A stretch of DNA of 63,986 nt, counting the filler, from Folioceros fuciformis (taxonomy: Eukaryota): assembly GCA_049999805.1 (NCBI GenBank). It is 14 parts of 14 records of this genome, joined end to end, with 100 filler letters (N's around TTAATTAATTAA, not from the genome) between each part and the next. Parts side by side here need not be neighbours in the genome. Positions count along the whole stretch, not along the records: positions 1 to 3,087 come from JBNGIO010002140.1; positions 3,188 to 5,825 come from JBNGIO010002141.1; positions 5,926 to 9,299 come from JBNGIO010002142.1; positions 9,400 to 12,884 come from JBNGIO010002143.1; 10 more parts are not named here. One strand, written 5' to 3'. This document shows, one piece after another, positions 1-12,175 of this stretch. The position numbers were made by a program, and so were the translations under genes. The notes beneath the pieces are model-generated. The model saw only the letters and a program-made list of their open reading frames with translations. It searched no databases and was not told the DNA's origin. Position 1 is the first letter of the stretch, and every line of letters begins with the position of its first letter.

Positions 1-179
1 ATAACCAAACCAACTATTTCTTGGTCAATTAACCCAATTAGCACAAAGAAAAATAGGAAAAATGACCAGAAAATCAAGAAAAATTAGGGAAAATAAGTTG
101 AAAAAGAAAACCAAACCATACCACTATTAACCCTTTTTCAACCAAAACAAACTACTACCCCAAACTTTGGAGGTTCACA
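1..179. mobile_element. LTR terminus, family A (ends ...TTTGGAGGTTCACA)
   Basis: Near-identical to 3188-3278 and ~9516-9693. All three copies stop sharply at GGTTCACA (TGTGAACC on the - strand) and abut unrelated sequence. Confidence 0.8.
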
Positions 180-247
180 CTTCCTTCTGTAGAGCTCTAT
201 CTTTTTCTTCCAGCAGCTGTTGCTAGCGTCGATTTGTGTGATCAACC

Positions 248-708
248 ATGGGTGATGTCACACAAGGCCTAACGTGCTTAAGCTGTGATAGGATCTGGAT
301 TCCTGCCAAAAAGTTCTCTGAGAGACAGTCATGTCTGCATGCAATGAACTGCCTTGATTCTAACATAATCTGTTTCGAGTCTCTAGCTGGTGTGCCACTT
401 CCTTCGGATAGCTCAAAAGGAAAATGGTGAGAAGGGTACAAAACTTCGATGATAAGGGCGTTCCTCAAAAGGTGTTCGCAGCTCCAGCAGCTGACTTCCA
501 CAAGATGACCTACAAGGAAACTGAAGAGAAGAGCAAGGCGGGCATAGCATGGGTAGCTCTCATGCCCAACCCTAACGAGGTGAAGGCCTACTTGAAGGTC
601 CCCCTTCCTATGGATTCTGACGATGAGGCCTACATGGAGAAGGAGTGGGGATACAAGCCTGCCAGGACTGTCAAGAACATGAAGAAGAAAGGTAACAAGG
701 AAACCTAG
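248..708 (+). pseudogene. Frameshifted ORF remnant of unknown function, antisense and downstream of copia pol
   Basis: Overlapping ORFs 248-430 and 424-708 with protein-like composition; no motif recognised. Confidence 0.3.
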
Positions 709-885
709 CGACATGTGTTCAAGTGCTAGCAGCTGATGATTTGTGGTGCCAAAAGCTTATTATCACTGTGGGTTTCTAGCTTTGATAGAAGAGTTTGCCA
801 GAAACGGGTGATGCTAGAAAGGTCTGTGGAAGACACTCAGGAAACACAACAAGCTCCCACTGGATGATTAGCCACAAAAATCTAG

Positions 886-3087
886 CTAATGGGCAGTGCC
901 CTTAATGTCAGCGATAGGAATCTCACAAATGCCAGCAGAAGCAGTGGGCTTCTCATGTATTAGTTTCGAAAGGGCCTTGGTTAGAAGGTCCGAAACATTG
1001 TCTGTAGTAGAAACATATGACATTGTTACCTCTCCTGAATATGCTGCTTGACGAATGAAATGGTGGCTGATCTCGATGTGCTTCGACCTCGCATGGAAAA
1101 CTGGATTTCGGGAGAGTGCGATGGCGGATTGATTGTCACAATGTAATGGAATCGATACTGTCTGGGGTTGCTGTAGTCTGTTGAGGAAACTTCGTATCCA
1201 GATGATCTCCTTGGAAGCTTGGGTCATTGCTGCATTTTCGGCTTCCGTTGAAGAAAGACATATGGTAGAAAGCTTCCTGCTGGACCATGAAACAACTGAT
1301 GTGCCTAGGAAAGTGCAATAGGCAGATACACTTCATCGTGTATCAGGATCCCCGGCCCAATCCGCATCGCAATAAGCCGAAAGGTCCAAGCCATGGAAAG
1401 GCTTGGAAAAACACAAGCCAAGGCGAGAAGTGCCTTTTAAGTAGCAAAAAATTCTTTTGACAGCAGTCTAGTGAGGCTAGCGTGGATTCTCTAAGAACTG
1501 GCTCACAACTCCCACTGCACGAGTGATGTCCATGCGGGTCTGACCAGAAAGGTAGATCAGAGAGCCAACAGCTTGACGGTAGGGAATGTTGGCCTTGACC
1601 TTTTCTCCTCATCGCTGGTTGGATACTGTTCGACAGACAGCTTTTCACCTAAAGCCATGGGGGTTGCCACTGGTTTAGCATCAAGCATGTTAAAGCACTG
1701 GAGAAGCTGTCTCACAAAGTGTTCCTGGTGGATGTCGATGGTGCCTGCAGCCGAATGAAGATGAAACTAGACACCAAGGGAGAAGGTAAGTTTGCCAAGA
1801 TCAGTCATATCAAACTTAGAGAGTGGATTCTAGCCATAAGAGCAACTCTGCCACTCTTATGGCTGAATAGAGCTGCTGAAGAGGAAGTTGTCATCGACAT
1901 AAACAGTGAGAATCAAAAAGTCTTCTCCATCCCAAAGAATGTAAACACTCGTGTCGGCATCCAAGCAAGTGAAACCAAGCTCCATCAAGAGCTTGTGAAA
2001 AACTTCTTACTAGGCTCGTGAAGCCTGCTTGAGCCCATACAGAGTTTTGAGAAGCTTGCAAACCTTGTCCTTGTCAATGATAAAACCCTCAGGCTAAGTC
2101 ATGTATATGTCTTCCACTAGCAAGCCATTGAGAAAGGTTGTTTTGACATCCAGTTGGTGCACGAGAAGGCTGTAATGAACTGCAAGGGCTAATAGAATGC
2201 GGACAAAGGTAGACTTGATAACAGGAGCGAATGTTTCATAATAGTCTAGACCTGGAATTTGACTATAGCCCTTGGCCACTAGACGAGCTTTGTATCTTCC
2301 AACAGAGCCATCAATGTTCAGCTTTTTCTTGAAGACCCACTTGCAGTGAACAACCTTTCGACCAGGTGGGAAGTCCACTAACTTCCACATTTTGTTCTGA
2401 AGAAGGGACTTATACTCTGAATCTATGGCTGCCTGCAAAAAACAGCCTCAAGGCCAGCTAAAGCTTCAGTGTAAGTTAGAGGTTTGCCTAGGGAAGCTGT
2501 AACACTAAGAACAGTAGCTGGAGAAAATTCAGTAAAGGCTGTGTGTGTAGAAAAGGGAGGCTCCTTCCACTCATGCATGGGACGTCGAATTCAGGTAGAC
2601 CGACGGAGTGGTGAAGTTATCTCCATAGGGTCATTTTCGGCAACAGACGTGGGTATGGACTCAGCTGAAGGAACTTCTACGTCAGATAGAGTCGGAGAAT
2701 CATTGACATCACAAGGCTCTATTGTTGATAGCAAAGGCGTTGAAGGACACACTGCATCCGAAACCTTGTCATTCTCGCCATTTGGATGATCAGAAGTTGG
2801 AACTGCTCTAGCTGGCTCCTGAGAAGGAGAAGCATCCTCGTCGTCGAAGATACTGATTTCATCAGTATCCATGAGTGCTGAATCTTTGATTCCGTGGATA
2901 GAAGAAGGGAAAGGAGTAGCATTTGGAAGCAAAGCTGCAGTATGACGGCAAAGAAGGGCTGCCTCATGAAAAACCACACTCTTGGAGATGGTGAACTGAT
3001 GAGTGATAGGGTTGAACAACTTGTAACCCTTCACTTCTTTTGAGTAGCCAACAAAAACATGTCTTGAAGCCTTAGGATCTAATTTAG
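886..3087 (-). mobile_element. Ty1/copia pol remnant (integrase C-terminus, RT, RNase H), degenerate
   Basis: KLDPKASRHVFVGYSKEVKGYKLFNP; WKLVDFPPGRKVVHCKWVFKKK...RYKARLVAKGYSQIPGLDYYETFAPV; HQLDVKTTFLNG; CDNQSAIALSRNPVFHARSKHIEI; frameshifts. Confidence 0.95.
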
Positions 3088-3187
3088 NNNNNNNNNNNNN
3101 NNNNNNNNNNNNNNNNNNNNNNNNNNNNNNNTTAATTAATTAANNNNNNNNNNNNNNNNNNNNNNNNNNNNNNNNNNNNNNNNNNNN
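3088..3187. other. Artificial contig linker (44N-TTAATTAATTAA-44N). Others start at 5826, 9300, 12885, 20746, 24837, 29214, 36368, 41618, 44158, 56195, 60382, 62723
   Basis: Identical 100-bp structure 13 times; the 12-mer gives stop codons in all six frames. Confidence 0.98.
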
Positions 3188-3278
3188 GAAAATAAGTAGA
3201 AAAAGAAAACCAAACCATACCACTATTAACCCTTTTTCAACCAAAACCAACTACTACCCCAAACTTTGGAGGTTCACA
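3188..3278. mobile_element. LTR terminus, family A, inserted into a copia RT
   Basis: Matches 1-179 and interrupts RT directly after FSPVVRFQSVR. Confidence 0.8.
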
Positions 3279-3568
3279 CATCTAACGGATTGAAATCTTA
3301 CCACGGGGCTGAATGTCTCTTGATAGTCTAGGGCTTCAACTTGCGTGAACCCCTTGGCCATGAGTCTAGATCTATAATGTGCTATCTCTCCTTTTGAGTT
3401 GACCTTATGCTTGAAAACCCACTTGCACGAGATGGGTTTCCTGCCAGGTGGCAAATCCACTAACTTCCATGTATTATTCTTGATCAAGGATTGATACTCA
3501 TCCTCTATTGATATGCGCCACTTATCACCATCAGGGCCAGACAGGGCTTGCTTCAAACTAATTGGCAA
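3279..3568 (-). mobile_element. Ty1/copia RT N-terminal fragment
   Basis: EYQSLIKNNTWKLVDLPPGRKPISCKWVFKHK...RSRLMAKGFTQVEALDYQETFSPVV. Confidence 0.93.
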
Positions 3569-4341
3569 TGATCAAGTTTACTGACACTCCCAATCCCTAG
3601 ATTTTCTCCCATCCTATATGCCTTACATCCGCAAGTAGTTGGTTTTGAAAGCTCCTCACCGCCCCCTTGTCTAACAAATTTGGATAACGATTCAACAACT
3701 CCTGCACACGTGCTATTGTCACAACTTGAGCCTGCACATTTATGTCACAATAGACATATTTTCTGATCTTCACACCACTTCGCAACATTGCTTCCAGACC
3801 TGAGCATATGCCACCAAACGACTCCACCAGTGTGATGCCTTCATCGGTGACATTCCACTCAATGGTCCTTTAGTCCACTAGATGGTTGTTAGCAATCACA
3901 CTATGGTCTTGGCAGTATGATTTGGGGTGGTACTCCACATGCTCAACATCCTTTTGTTTGTACAACATTAGCTTTCTCATTGCTTGCTGAAATGTAGGCC
4001 TACCTTGGATTTGTAAAGGTGCTATTGTTTGCCTTTGTTGCTCCATTGCCGCCTCCACCAACAAGCTCTCAAATGTGGCTTCTTCAACGTTGTCTTCTTT
4101 CAGCTCGTGCATTGATGTCACTAACTCCCTCAGCTCCAGACTTGTTGTACACACTTGATACACCGTGCGAGCCATCATTGCCGCCTCCAATTGTCAACTC
4201 CTCCCCCTAGCAGGTACAATACTTCAAACCCTAACAAACATTGTAATCGGCCATGTCAGTAGCCAAACAAGTTACCTTAATGCATTTAGCATCATCTGTC
4301 CTCGGCTTCAATGCTATGTTTAGCGATTTGGCCGTCTCTCC
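3569..4341 (-). pseudogene. Retroelement aspartic-protease C-half + linker + N-terminal part of a C5-cytosine DNA methyltransferase (truncated)
   Basis: GETAKSLNIALKPRTDDAKCIKVTCLATDMADYNV/LGFEVLYLLGGGVDNW, then ITLVESFGGICSGLEAMLRSGVKIRKYVYCD...DVRHIGW...VNLIIA. Collinear with the fuller copy at 36849-38640. Confidence 0.8.
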
Positions 4342-5440
4342 TTAAAAGCTATGAAGCTAGCTATGGCACAATCGAGGTGAGGAGGCGAGGTGATGGATGT
4401 TCTTGGGACCCATGGAAGGAAAGCGTCCTCTCGAGTGTGAAGCAAAAAGGATATTGTTTATTGCTAAAACAAATTGTCTTATACAAAATATTAAGCTGTT
4501 ATTAAACCGTCTAAACTGTAAATGCGAAACTACCTGAATCGTTTGTTACTGTTCTTAACATAACGGCTCCTGCTTTTCTAATACTCCCACTTAGTTGAAG
4601 CATGTTTCAGTTCTAAGGGGAAATTAAGGCCTGTAAAAGTAGTGATGATGAATGCACGGTTGCATGCATATTGTGACACTCCTACACATGTCTAAGTTAC
4701 TCTCCACGATTACTCTTCAACGCTTCCTATAACTAGAGCTATGGTTGTCTTGAGTCCTCTAAAGCTGTCATCTTGGTGCTCTCAGTCTTGTGTCTTGCTT
4801 CCTGTGGAGGCAAAACCCCGGGCACTGATTGCCGACGGGTTCCACCTTTAGTGGCCACACTTATCCCACTGTCGTTGAGACATTGGGTTTCGTTCCCACG
4901 AAGGAGCGATGGGGTTCCTTGCTGCTGTGGATGGAGGGTCGGACTTGATCAACTCGATGATGGATTCGAGGGCTCCCCTCCAGCTCCGATCAGGCGTAGG
5001 ACAGGCCTCGCTGTCCGACGGTCAGCTGCACCTCTCTTGGTGCCCACAAACTCACTCCAGCCACTACAACGACTCTAACCTCTCAGATCTGCGACTTCCT
5101 TCACTCACTTCACTCACTCTCTTGTTCCAGCACCAACACCAACAACTACCAGCAACCAGCAACGACACCACTACCTTCTACACTTCCCTACGGACTCCTC
5201 CTACCCGGCAAGAGTCACTAGACTAACCCCAAACAAAAGGACGAAGGGAACACACTCCCCTCTTGGGTATCTCCTCCCCACAACCTTACCATACGCCATG
5301 AGACATGGCCGGCCTACAGCACTTGACCAAGCAAGGAACAAGAGTGGACAGGTTGAGAGAAAGACACACCCTTTACAATCAAGAGCTAGGGGCAAGCCCC
5401 TTCACCCTGGTCATTACACCTTGTGATCCTACAAGACACT

Positions 5441-5542
5441 ATACAACCGGCAACACGCTGCCCGCAATCCTACCAGACACTGTACAGCCGGCAACACGCT
5501 GCCCGCGATCCTACCAGACACTGCACAGCCGGCAACACACTG
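5441..5542. repeat. ~41-bp tandem repeat (x2.5) in LTR-like non-coding sequence
   Basis: ACAGCCGGCAACACGCTGCCCGCGATCCTACCAGACACTG units. Confidence 0.7.
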
Positions 5543-6413
5543 CAGGTCCTAGACCAAGCAGGGACAGACCACAAGAGCTCATGAAGAGAGGACCTCCAAG
5601 AGCTCACAAAGAGATAGACTGGCTTCCAAAAGTGAATGACTCCTTCTTCCTACAGGCTCACCTGATCTTATAGGAGCCTCTCTCTCTCTCTGACTTCACC
5701 TCTCTCTAACTTGAGAAATATTATTTTAATAGCCTATCCGGCTGTCACCAGCCACTTATTTAGACTTCTAGCACAACCTGCCACCAATGAGCTCCTGGCC
5801 CTACCACCACAAGGATCTACCACCTNNNNNNNNNNNNNNNNNNNNNNNNNNNNNNNNNNNNNNNNNNNNTTAATTAATTAANNNNNNNNNNNNNNNNNNN
5901 NNNNNNNNNNNNNNNNNNNNNNNNNAGGGTTGAGTTGCAGATTTTGGAAGTGGAAGTGTTGAAGTGAGGAGTTGAGCTGAAGTGAGGGGCTGGAGGGTGA
6001 AGTGAAGTGCTGAAGTGAAGGACTGAAGTGCTGAAGTGAAGGTCTGAAGTGCTCAAGTGAAGTGCTGAAGTGGTGGAATGAAGTGTTGGAGTTGGAGTGA
6101 GGAGCTAGCTGAAGTTGAGGTTCTCGTTCAGCTGCGGAGGTAGCTAGCACTAGGTGCTAGAGTTGGAGGCCAGACTTGGGGCTGGAGCCTCCTCTTAGCA
6201 CTGAAGTGATTCATACTTAGAGCTGGAAATGAAGGCTGAAGACAATGCTGGAGTTCTCATTTTGTTGAGGCTGGGGTTGGTGTTGTGGTAGGAGCCGAAG
6301 ACAGGACCGAGACTTCTGACCTATTGCTGTAGCACTTGGTATATGCTAATAGATAGGGTGAGATTAGGGAGATGTAGGTGACCTTGACATTAGTTCACTC
6401 CCTTGGGAGCGAA

Positions 6414-7812
6414 TCATAAGACTGCAACGATAATCAGGGGAAGTGTGGCCCCTTGGTGGTTCTTGGGAGCAAGTTTCACTCCACAAAGTGTCACACACTC
6501 ACACACTACGCTGCCCAAAGATTCTATTTGCTCCATTGTTTGCTCACCCACGAGCGCTCCTTCCTCCTCCACCTTACTCGCTGCTAAAGGTGCACCCACA
6601 CTCACTTCCTTGCTGATTTTGATTGCTCCTCTGACTCCCTTGCTAAAAATGCGTTCGTGCCCGCGCATGCTTCCTTTCTTGGTGATTTTGGCTCCCCCTT
6701 AAACTCCTCTGTTGGGAGCGCACTCGCGCTTGCGCCCACTTCCCTTCCTGTCAATTTTGACTCCTTCTCAAGCTTTTTTTCTTTTTGTTTCTGGAAATGC
6801 ACTCGCGCCCACGTTCGCTCCCTTTCTTGCTGCCTCCTTTGCCCTTTCTTGATCCTGTCATTTGGTAAGAAACATGCCTGCCATCTCTCCCTCACACGGC
6901 TTGTCCGTGCCTGCTGCCCCACGTACTTGTAGATCCGATCCTCCCAACCCCTATCCTCTCAAAGGGTCTTTTCTCCTCTTGACCTTTGTCCTCCCCTTCT
7001 TCACCCCTTTGGTCACCTGGGCATCCAACACCTTCTTAGAACTTTCTTGGCCTGAATTGCCTCTTGCTCCCAGACCCTGCAAGTGACCAAGCCCCAAAGG
7101 TGAAGGAAGAACGGGCGTCCCACAAATGTGAGTTACAACACCCTTCAACCACTCCAAGACAAGGTCTGTGATCTCCTTGAGCTGATCCAACTTAGTAGCT
7201 TGCTCTTGGTATTGTCGGAGAAGCTGAGCCTTGGTAATCCTACGCACTGACAGAACCTCGGAGCTATCTACGACGTGCCCACCAGCTTGAGCCCTAGAAG
7301 ACCTTGCAGAACTTGCCCTGTCCTTCCTCTTGCCTGCCATAGCTGCAGACTTCACTCCGCTCGTTTTCTCCAAAATTCTCCCGTAATCCTGCACGTTGAC
7401 AGAACCTCGGAGCCATCTTCGACGCGCCCACCAACTTGAGCCCTAGAAGACCCTGCAGAACTTGCCCTCTCCTTCCTCTTGCCTACCATAGCCGCCGCCC
7501 TTCACTCTTCTCGTTTTCTCCAAAATTCTCCTGTTTTTCTTGTTTCTGCTGGCTGATTTATCTGTTTTTGCTAGGTCTATTCTTGGCATGTCTTCTTGGT
7601 TGCGCCTTGGAAGATCTCGCACCTTTTGCCTCTTTCCCACCATAGCTGTAGCCCTTCACTGTGCTCGTTTTCTCCAAACTTCCCCTGTTTTCTTGGTTTT
7701 GCTGGTTGATTTGACTGTTCTCACTAGGTCTATTCTTAACACGTCTTCTTGGTTGCACCTTAGAAGATCCCACGCCTTTTTCCTGCTCCCTATTCTTGCC
7801 TGCCATGATCAC
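6414..7812 (-). pseudogene. Degenerate basic/charged ORF with internal segmental duplications, probably a retroelement accessory ORF
   Basis: ORF pieces 6414-6668, 6951-7394 and 7558-7812. Block ~7247-7385 is repeated at ~7397-7530, and ~7510-7640 at ~7663-7805. The contig has GAAGTGCT repeats at 5940-6075 and GGAGCCTAGTGCTGAGTCATGT repeats at 9110-9299. Confidence 0.4.
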
Positions 7813-9399
7813 AGCTCCCGCCGCCGCTCGCCTCCCTCACAGGTCTCCCGCTTTTAGAAACCCTAACCACACATAACCGTTTTTTTTTTTTTTTCCTGGA
7901 CATGCCAATTCACCATTGAATCCTAGTTATCTTCACCTCTCAAGACTTTGTAGATCTCAATGTAATTCTCCTAACAAGCTCACCAGTTAACTTCCTTTAT
8001 ACCAAGCTTTTATTACCTTCTTCATCTTTGCAACATAAATCTCACCCATAGTCTTCTTTGCTTAAGTACCTCTTCATCTCAAGTCCCTCTGTTAAATAAG
8101 TTTGAGACAAACAACAAAAGCCACCATCTATTCCTCTATCAACTTTCTCCCATCTTTAATTGTCTTTCTAAAGGCCTGTATCAAGCACTTCAACTTTGCC
8201 TCTCAAGTTCTCTCTAAAAGGGTTTGGTTCTCTCTAGTGTTTAACTTGAGACTAACACATTTATCATCAAACTCCACTTTGGAACTAACATTTATGGACC
8301 ATCACTACAAAGCAACTAAAAACAATTCTAAGACCCTTTAGCTCCAAGGTATTTATATATTTATGTACTCCAAGGTATTTATATATTTGTGTACTTTCTT
8401 CTCTTGAATCCACACAAGTGTCAATTCTTTTGATAGTGACAAGTTTTAAGATATTAGTATGATGATGCTCTGTGTCACGCCATCACAACGCTTTCTTATG
8501 CAGCAACATGTACAAATGCTGATTGGTAACACAAAATCTTTGATTCAATTGTTCAGTTCACTACAAGCTTCTCGGTTACAATTGCACATTGAAGACACTT
8601 AGTGCATTCCTGCTCCTCGAGCTTTCCAAGCGAACTATTAAAAGAATGTTCGATCATTCTTTCCTCATCACTATATACCTACACCATTTCGTTACCAACC
8701 ACCTGGATGATCATTCCCAAACCGTTATCAACTATCCACAAAGTTAACCACCAAAAACCGTACTCTCCAACCATTCCTTCGTGAGAACTTTTGCTTGTCA
8801 ACTGTTTCTTTAGTCAAAACGTAAGGGATTTACCCTTTCTGCAAGCATATTTATCTCAAGTAAACAGCTTACGCAGTCGCGACCTGCACACCAAGTTCAC
8901 ACAGATGCAAAACTCTAACAGACTTTCTAAGACATGACAGGATATACTTTGATACATGAGAGTTAGAGGTAGACAGTGAGAAGTCTAGCATTGAGACATA
9001 GCTATGGAGGGCTTGAAGAGCAAGCTCATCAGATTGAGTCTAGGGCAATAGCCAGTGGGGCATAGATCGCCAGACTCTTTTGTAAGTATCTGGAACAAAG
9101 AGCAGCACCTAGAGGAGATGTTCTACAAGTCATCAGTGGACGGCGGGCTACTTGGAGCCTAGAGGAGGTGTTCTGCAAGTCATCAGTGGACGGCGAGCTG
9201 TTTGGAGCCTAGTGCTGAGTCATGTGAGGTAATCTATTTGGAGCCTAATGCTGAGTCATGTGAGAGGTGATCTATTTGGAGCCTAGTGCTGAGTCATGTN
9301 NNNNNNNNNNNNNNNNNNNNNNNNNNNNNNNNNNNNNNNNNNNTTAATTAATTAANNNNNNNNNNNNNNNNNNNNNNNNNNNNNNNNNNNNNNNNNNNN

Positions 9400-9693
9400 A
9401 TCTTTAACTAATATTAAACTAATCACCAGACCTAGACTCAAACTTTTCCAACCCTATGGCCCGGTACCGGACCTAAAATTTCCCAGGTCTGGAACCAGAC
9501 CTGTACCCACTTTAATAACCAAACCAACTATTTCCTAGTCAATTAACCTAATTACCACAAAGAAAAATAGGAAAAATGACCACAAAATAAAGAAAAATTA
9601 GGAAAAAGAAGTAGAAAAAGAAAACCAAACCATACCACTATTAACCCTTTTTCAACCAAAACAAACTACTATCCCAAACTTTGGAGGTTCACA
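9400..9693. mobile_element. LTR terminus, family A, inserted into a family B LTR
   Basis: Matches 1-179; ends GGTTCACA at 9693. Confidence 0.8.
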
Positions 9694-10659
9694 CTGGGGA
9701 ATTTCTTAGGAATCCCTAGACATTTGTGGAGGATTATGGAAGGTCGTTGAAGTTGCTATAAGATTGCTGGAGAGTGGGGAACGTTGCTGGAGAACTGAAG
9801 AGAAAACGGCTGAGAAGTTGCTGAAGAAATGAGGAAGAGTGCTGAAGATTGAATACGAATTCTGGAAAATTTTTGAGAGATTCCGGAGTGTTTATGAGTA
9901 GCTGTTGTAGCTTGTTGAAATTCATGAGGGATTGTGGGAGATTGCTGAAGAATCGCTGAAGATTGGTGGACATTGCTGGAGATTGAAGCCCTTGGGGTAG
10001 GCCTGTGAGAATAATTGTGAACAGAGCTCCTCTGTGTGTTTTGTGTGTGAGGGGAGTGTTGTATGAGTGTGTGGGGAGGTGTGGCTGATCCACAAGGCTT
10101 CATTCCCCAAGGATCAGCCCTTGCATGTGTGAGGAGCATGGAATAAGCCAGCTCTGTGAGTTTGGAAGGCTTGGGCAAAAACCCGTGGGTAGAAACCCGC
10201 AGCAGTGCCTGCGCCGAAAATAATTAGTTAGGGTTTGGGGTGGGACCCACCAAGCTAGTGGAACCACGACGGCGGTAGTGGAACCACGACAGCGGTAGTG
10301 GAAACCAATACCGCAGTTGTTGTGTAACGGCCGAGGTAGTCGAGAGCCGAGGTACTACAAGCACCTCCGGGGTAGCTGAGAAGCCGGTGGTTGAAGGGAC
10401 CCCTTCCTGGTAGCCGAAAGAGCCCTTTAAGGTAGTGTAGGGTTGTGGTAGCTTAGTCGCGATGGAGGTAGTGGTAGTTGAACCAACAGGTAGTGGAGTT
10501 GGGGTAGTTAAAGTCCGACCTAGGCAGTAACTGACATTTAGAAGAAACCTCAGTTACTTGGCACAAATCATTCCCTTGGGATCGAATCCTAGTGCTATAA
10601 CGACATAGAGGGCTTGTGTGGACCTCGCAGTACCCCAGGGTACAATATTTTCCCCCACA
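9694..10659. mobile_element. Long LTR, family B (ends ...TTTTCCCCCACA), inserted into copia pol
   Basis: 10560-10659 is the reverse complement of 18485-18585. CA terminus followed directly by copia pol sequence. Confidence 0.7.
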
Positions 10660-12175
10660 ACTTCCAAGATTACCTTGTCATGAAGTGCTACTTTTACTGA
10701 GCTCACTTCTCCTCATTTTGATCTTGAAGTAACACGACTGTATGCGTCAGAACCATTCTCCACAACATAAGACTTGTTTGCTGGTCTAGATGTAGAACAG
10801 ACTCAAGTTCCTTTTACTTACCCGGATTCTGATGGTGAAGTATTGATTCTGGCTGATCTTGATGGTGGACGAGTTGCAATTGATGGTTCGCAGGCACAGG
10901 ATGCCCAACCAGCTATAAATCCTGCCAATCAAGATGACGACATTCGGTCAATTCAATTTGAAGACTCAATCAAATATGATGATTTGGTAGTAGAGGGGGT
11001 TCGTCAGGAAGTTGTGAATGAGGAGGATTTAACTGAAACTGACGTAGTAGCTCCTGTGGAAGTCCCTGAAGTTAAAACTTCTTGCTCTCCAGTGCAAGAG
11101 CTCAGGTCTCGGGACAACTGGCTTGAACCTCCATATCAAGCCCATGATTTTCGTAGACATGGAGCACATGTATCAGATCTTGATGTCCCAGATGTACGAC
11201 CAGACCCACAGAGTTATTCAGAGGCTATGTCAGGACCTAATGTTGAACACTGGAGAGTTTCCATTGATGATGAGTACAACTCGTTGATGAAGAACGGCAC
11301 ATGGGAACTTGCAGACCTTCCCCTTGGACGTAAGCCAATTACCTGCAAATGGGTTTTTAAAAACAAGCTTAAAGCTAATGGCACTATATCTAGATACAAG
11401 AGCAGACTTGTAGCTAGGGGATTCTCACAGGTTCCAGGAGTAGATTTTGGAGATACATTCTCACCTGTGGTCAAGCCACCTTCCGTCAGAATCTTACTTG
11501 CCCCTGCTGCCGAGTTTGATCTGGAGCTTCATCAAATGGATGTTTGTACGGCCTTCCTGCATGGAGAGCTTGAGGAGGCCCTGTATATGGTTCAACCTGA
11601 AGGGTTTTCAGTCAAAAGTGGCCTCATAAATTTTGTAAACTATTGAAGACAATCTATGGCCTAAAACAGAGTCCGAGAGCATGGTACAAACGTATCACGA
11701 AGTTTATGATTCAGTCTCGTTTCCTACAATCCTCGGCTGACTCAAACGTGTTTTACTTAGCTGAATCTGGCTCGTTTGTGATTCTGGCTCTGTATGTTGA
11801 TGACGCCATCCTCCTCAGGAACAGCATGTCTCAACTAAATACTGTTAAGGCTCTTCTGCGCAGTGAATTTGGGATGACGGATCAAGGCCCTCTTCGAATC
11901 TGCTTGGGCATACAGATTTTAAGAAACAGACAGAATGGTACCATAGTACTTCACCAAACTAAATATTTAAAGGAGATCTTAAAGCATTTTTACCTTGATG
12001 AAACTCAACCGGTGTCCACTCCCTTCGTCGTTGGTGAAAAGCTCACTGCAGATCAATTCCCAAAGTCTGCAGAGGAGGAAATGGAAATGGCCTCTGTCCC
12101 TTATGCAGAGGCAGTTGGGTGCCTAATCTTCTTGGCTAACTGGACTAGGCCTGACATTAGCTTCTCAGTTAGTGT
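10660..12175 (+). mobile_element. Ty1/copia pol remnant (INT-RT linker and RT)
   Basis: DPQSYSEAM...EYNSLMKNGTWELADLPLGRKPITCKWVFK; HQMDVCTAFLHG; IYGLKQSPRAW; LYVDD; TRPDISF. Confidence 0.95.

Noticed and set aside
3132-3143. Recurrent palindromic TTAATTAATTAA flanked by Ns
   Set aside because: Artificial scaffold linker, identical 13 times; ORFs ending in X...LIN are artefacts.
10095-10108. AGGCTTCATTCCCC, matching the 3' part of miR166
   Set aside because: The 5'/seed part does not match, there is no proper star arm, and it lies inside an LTR; likely chance.
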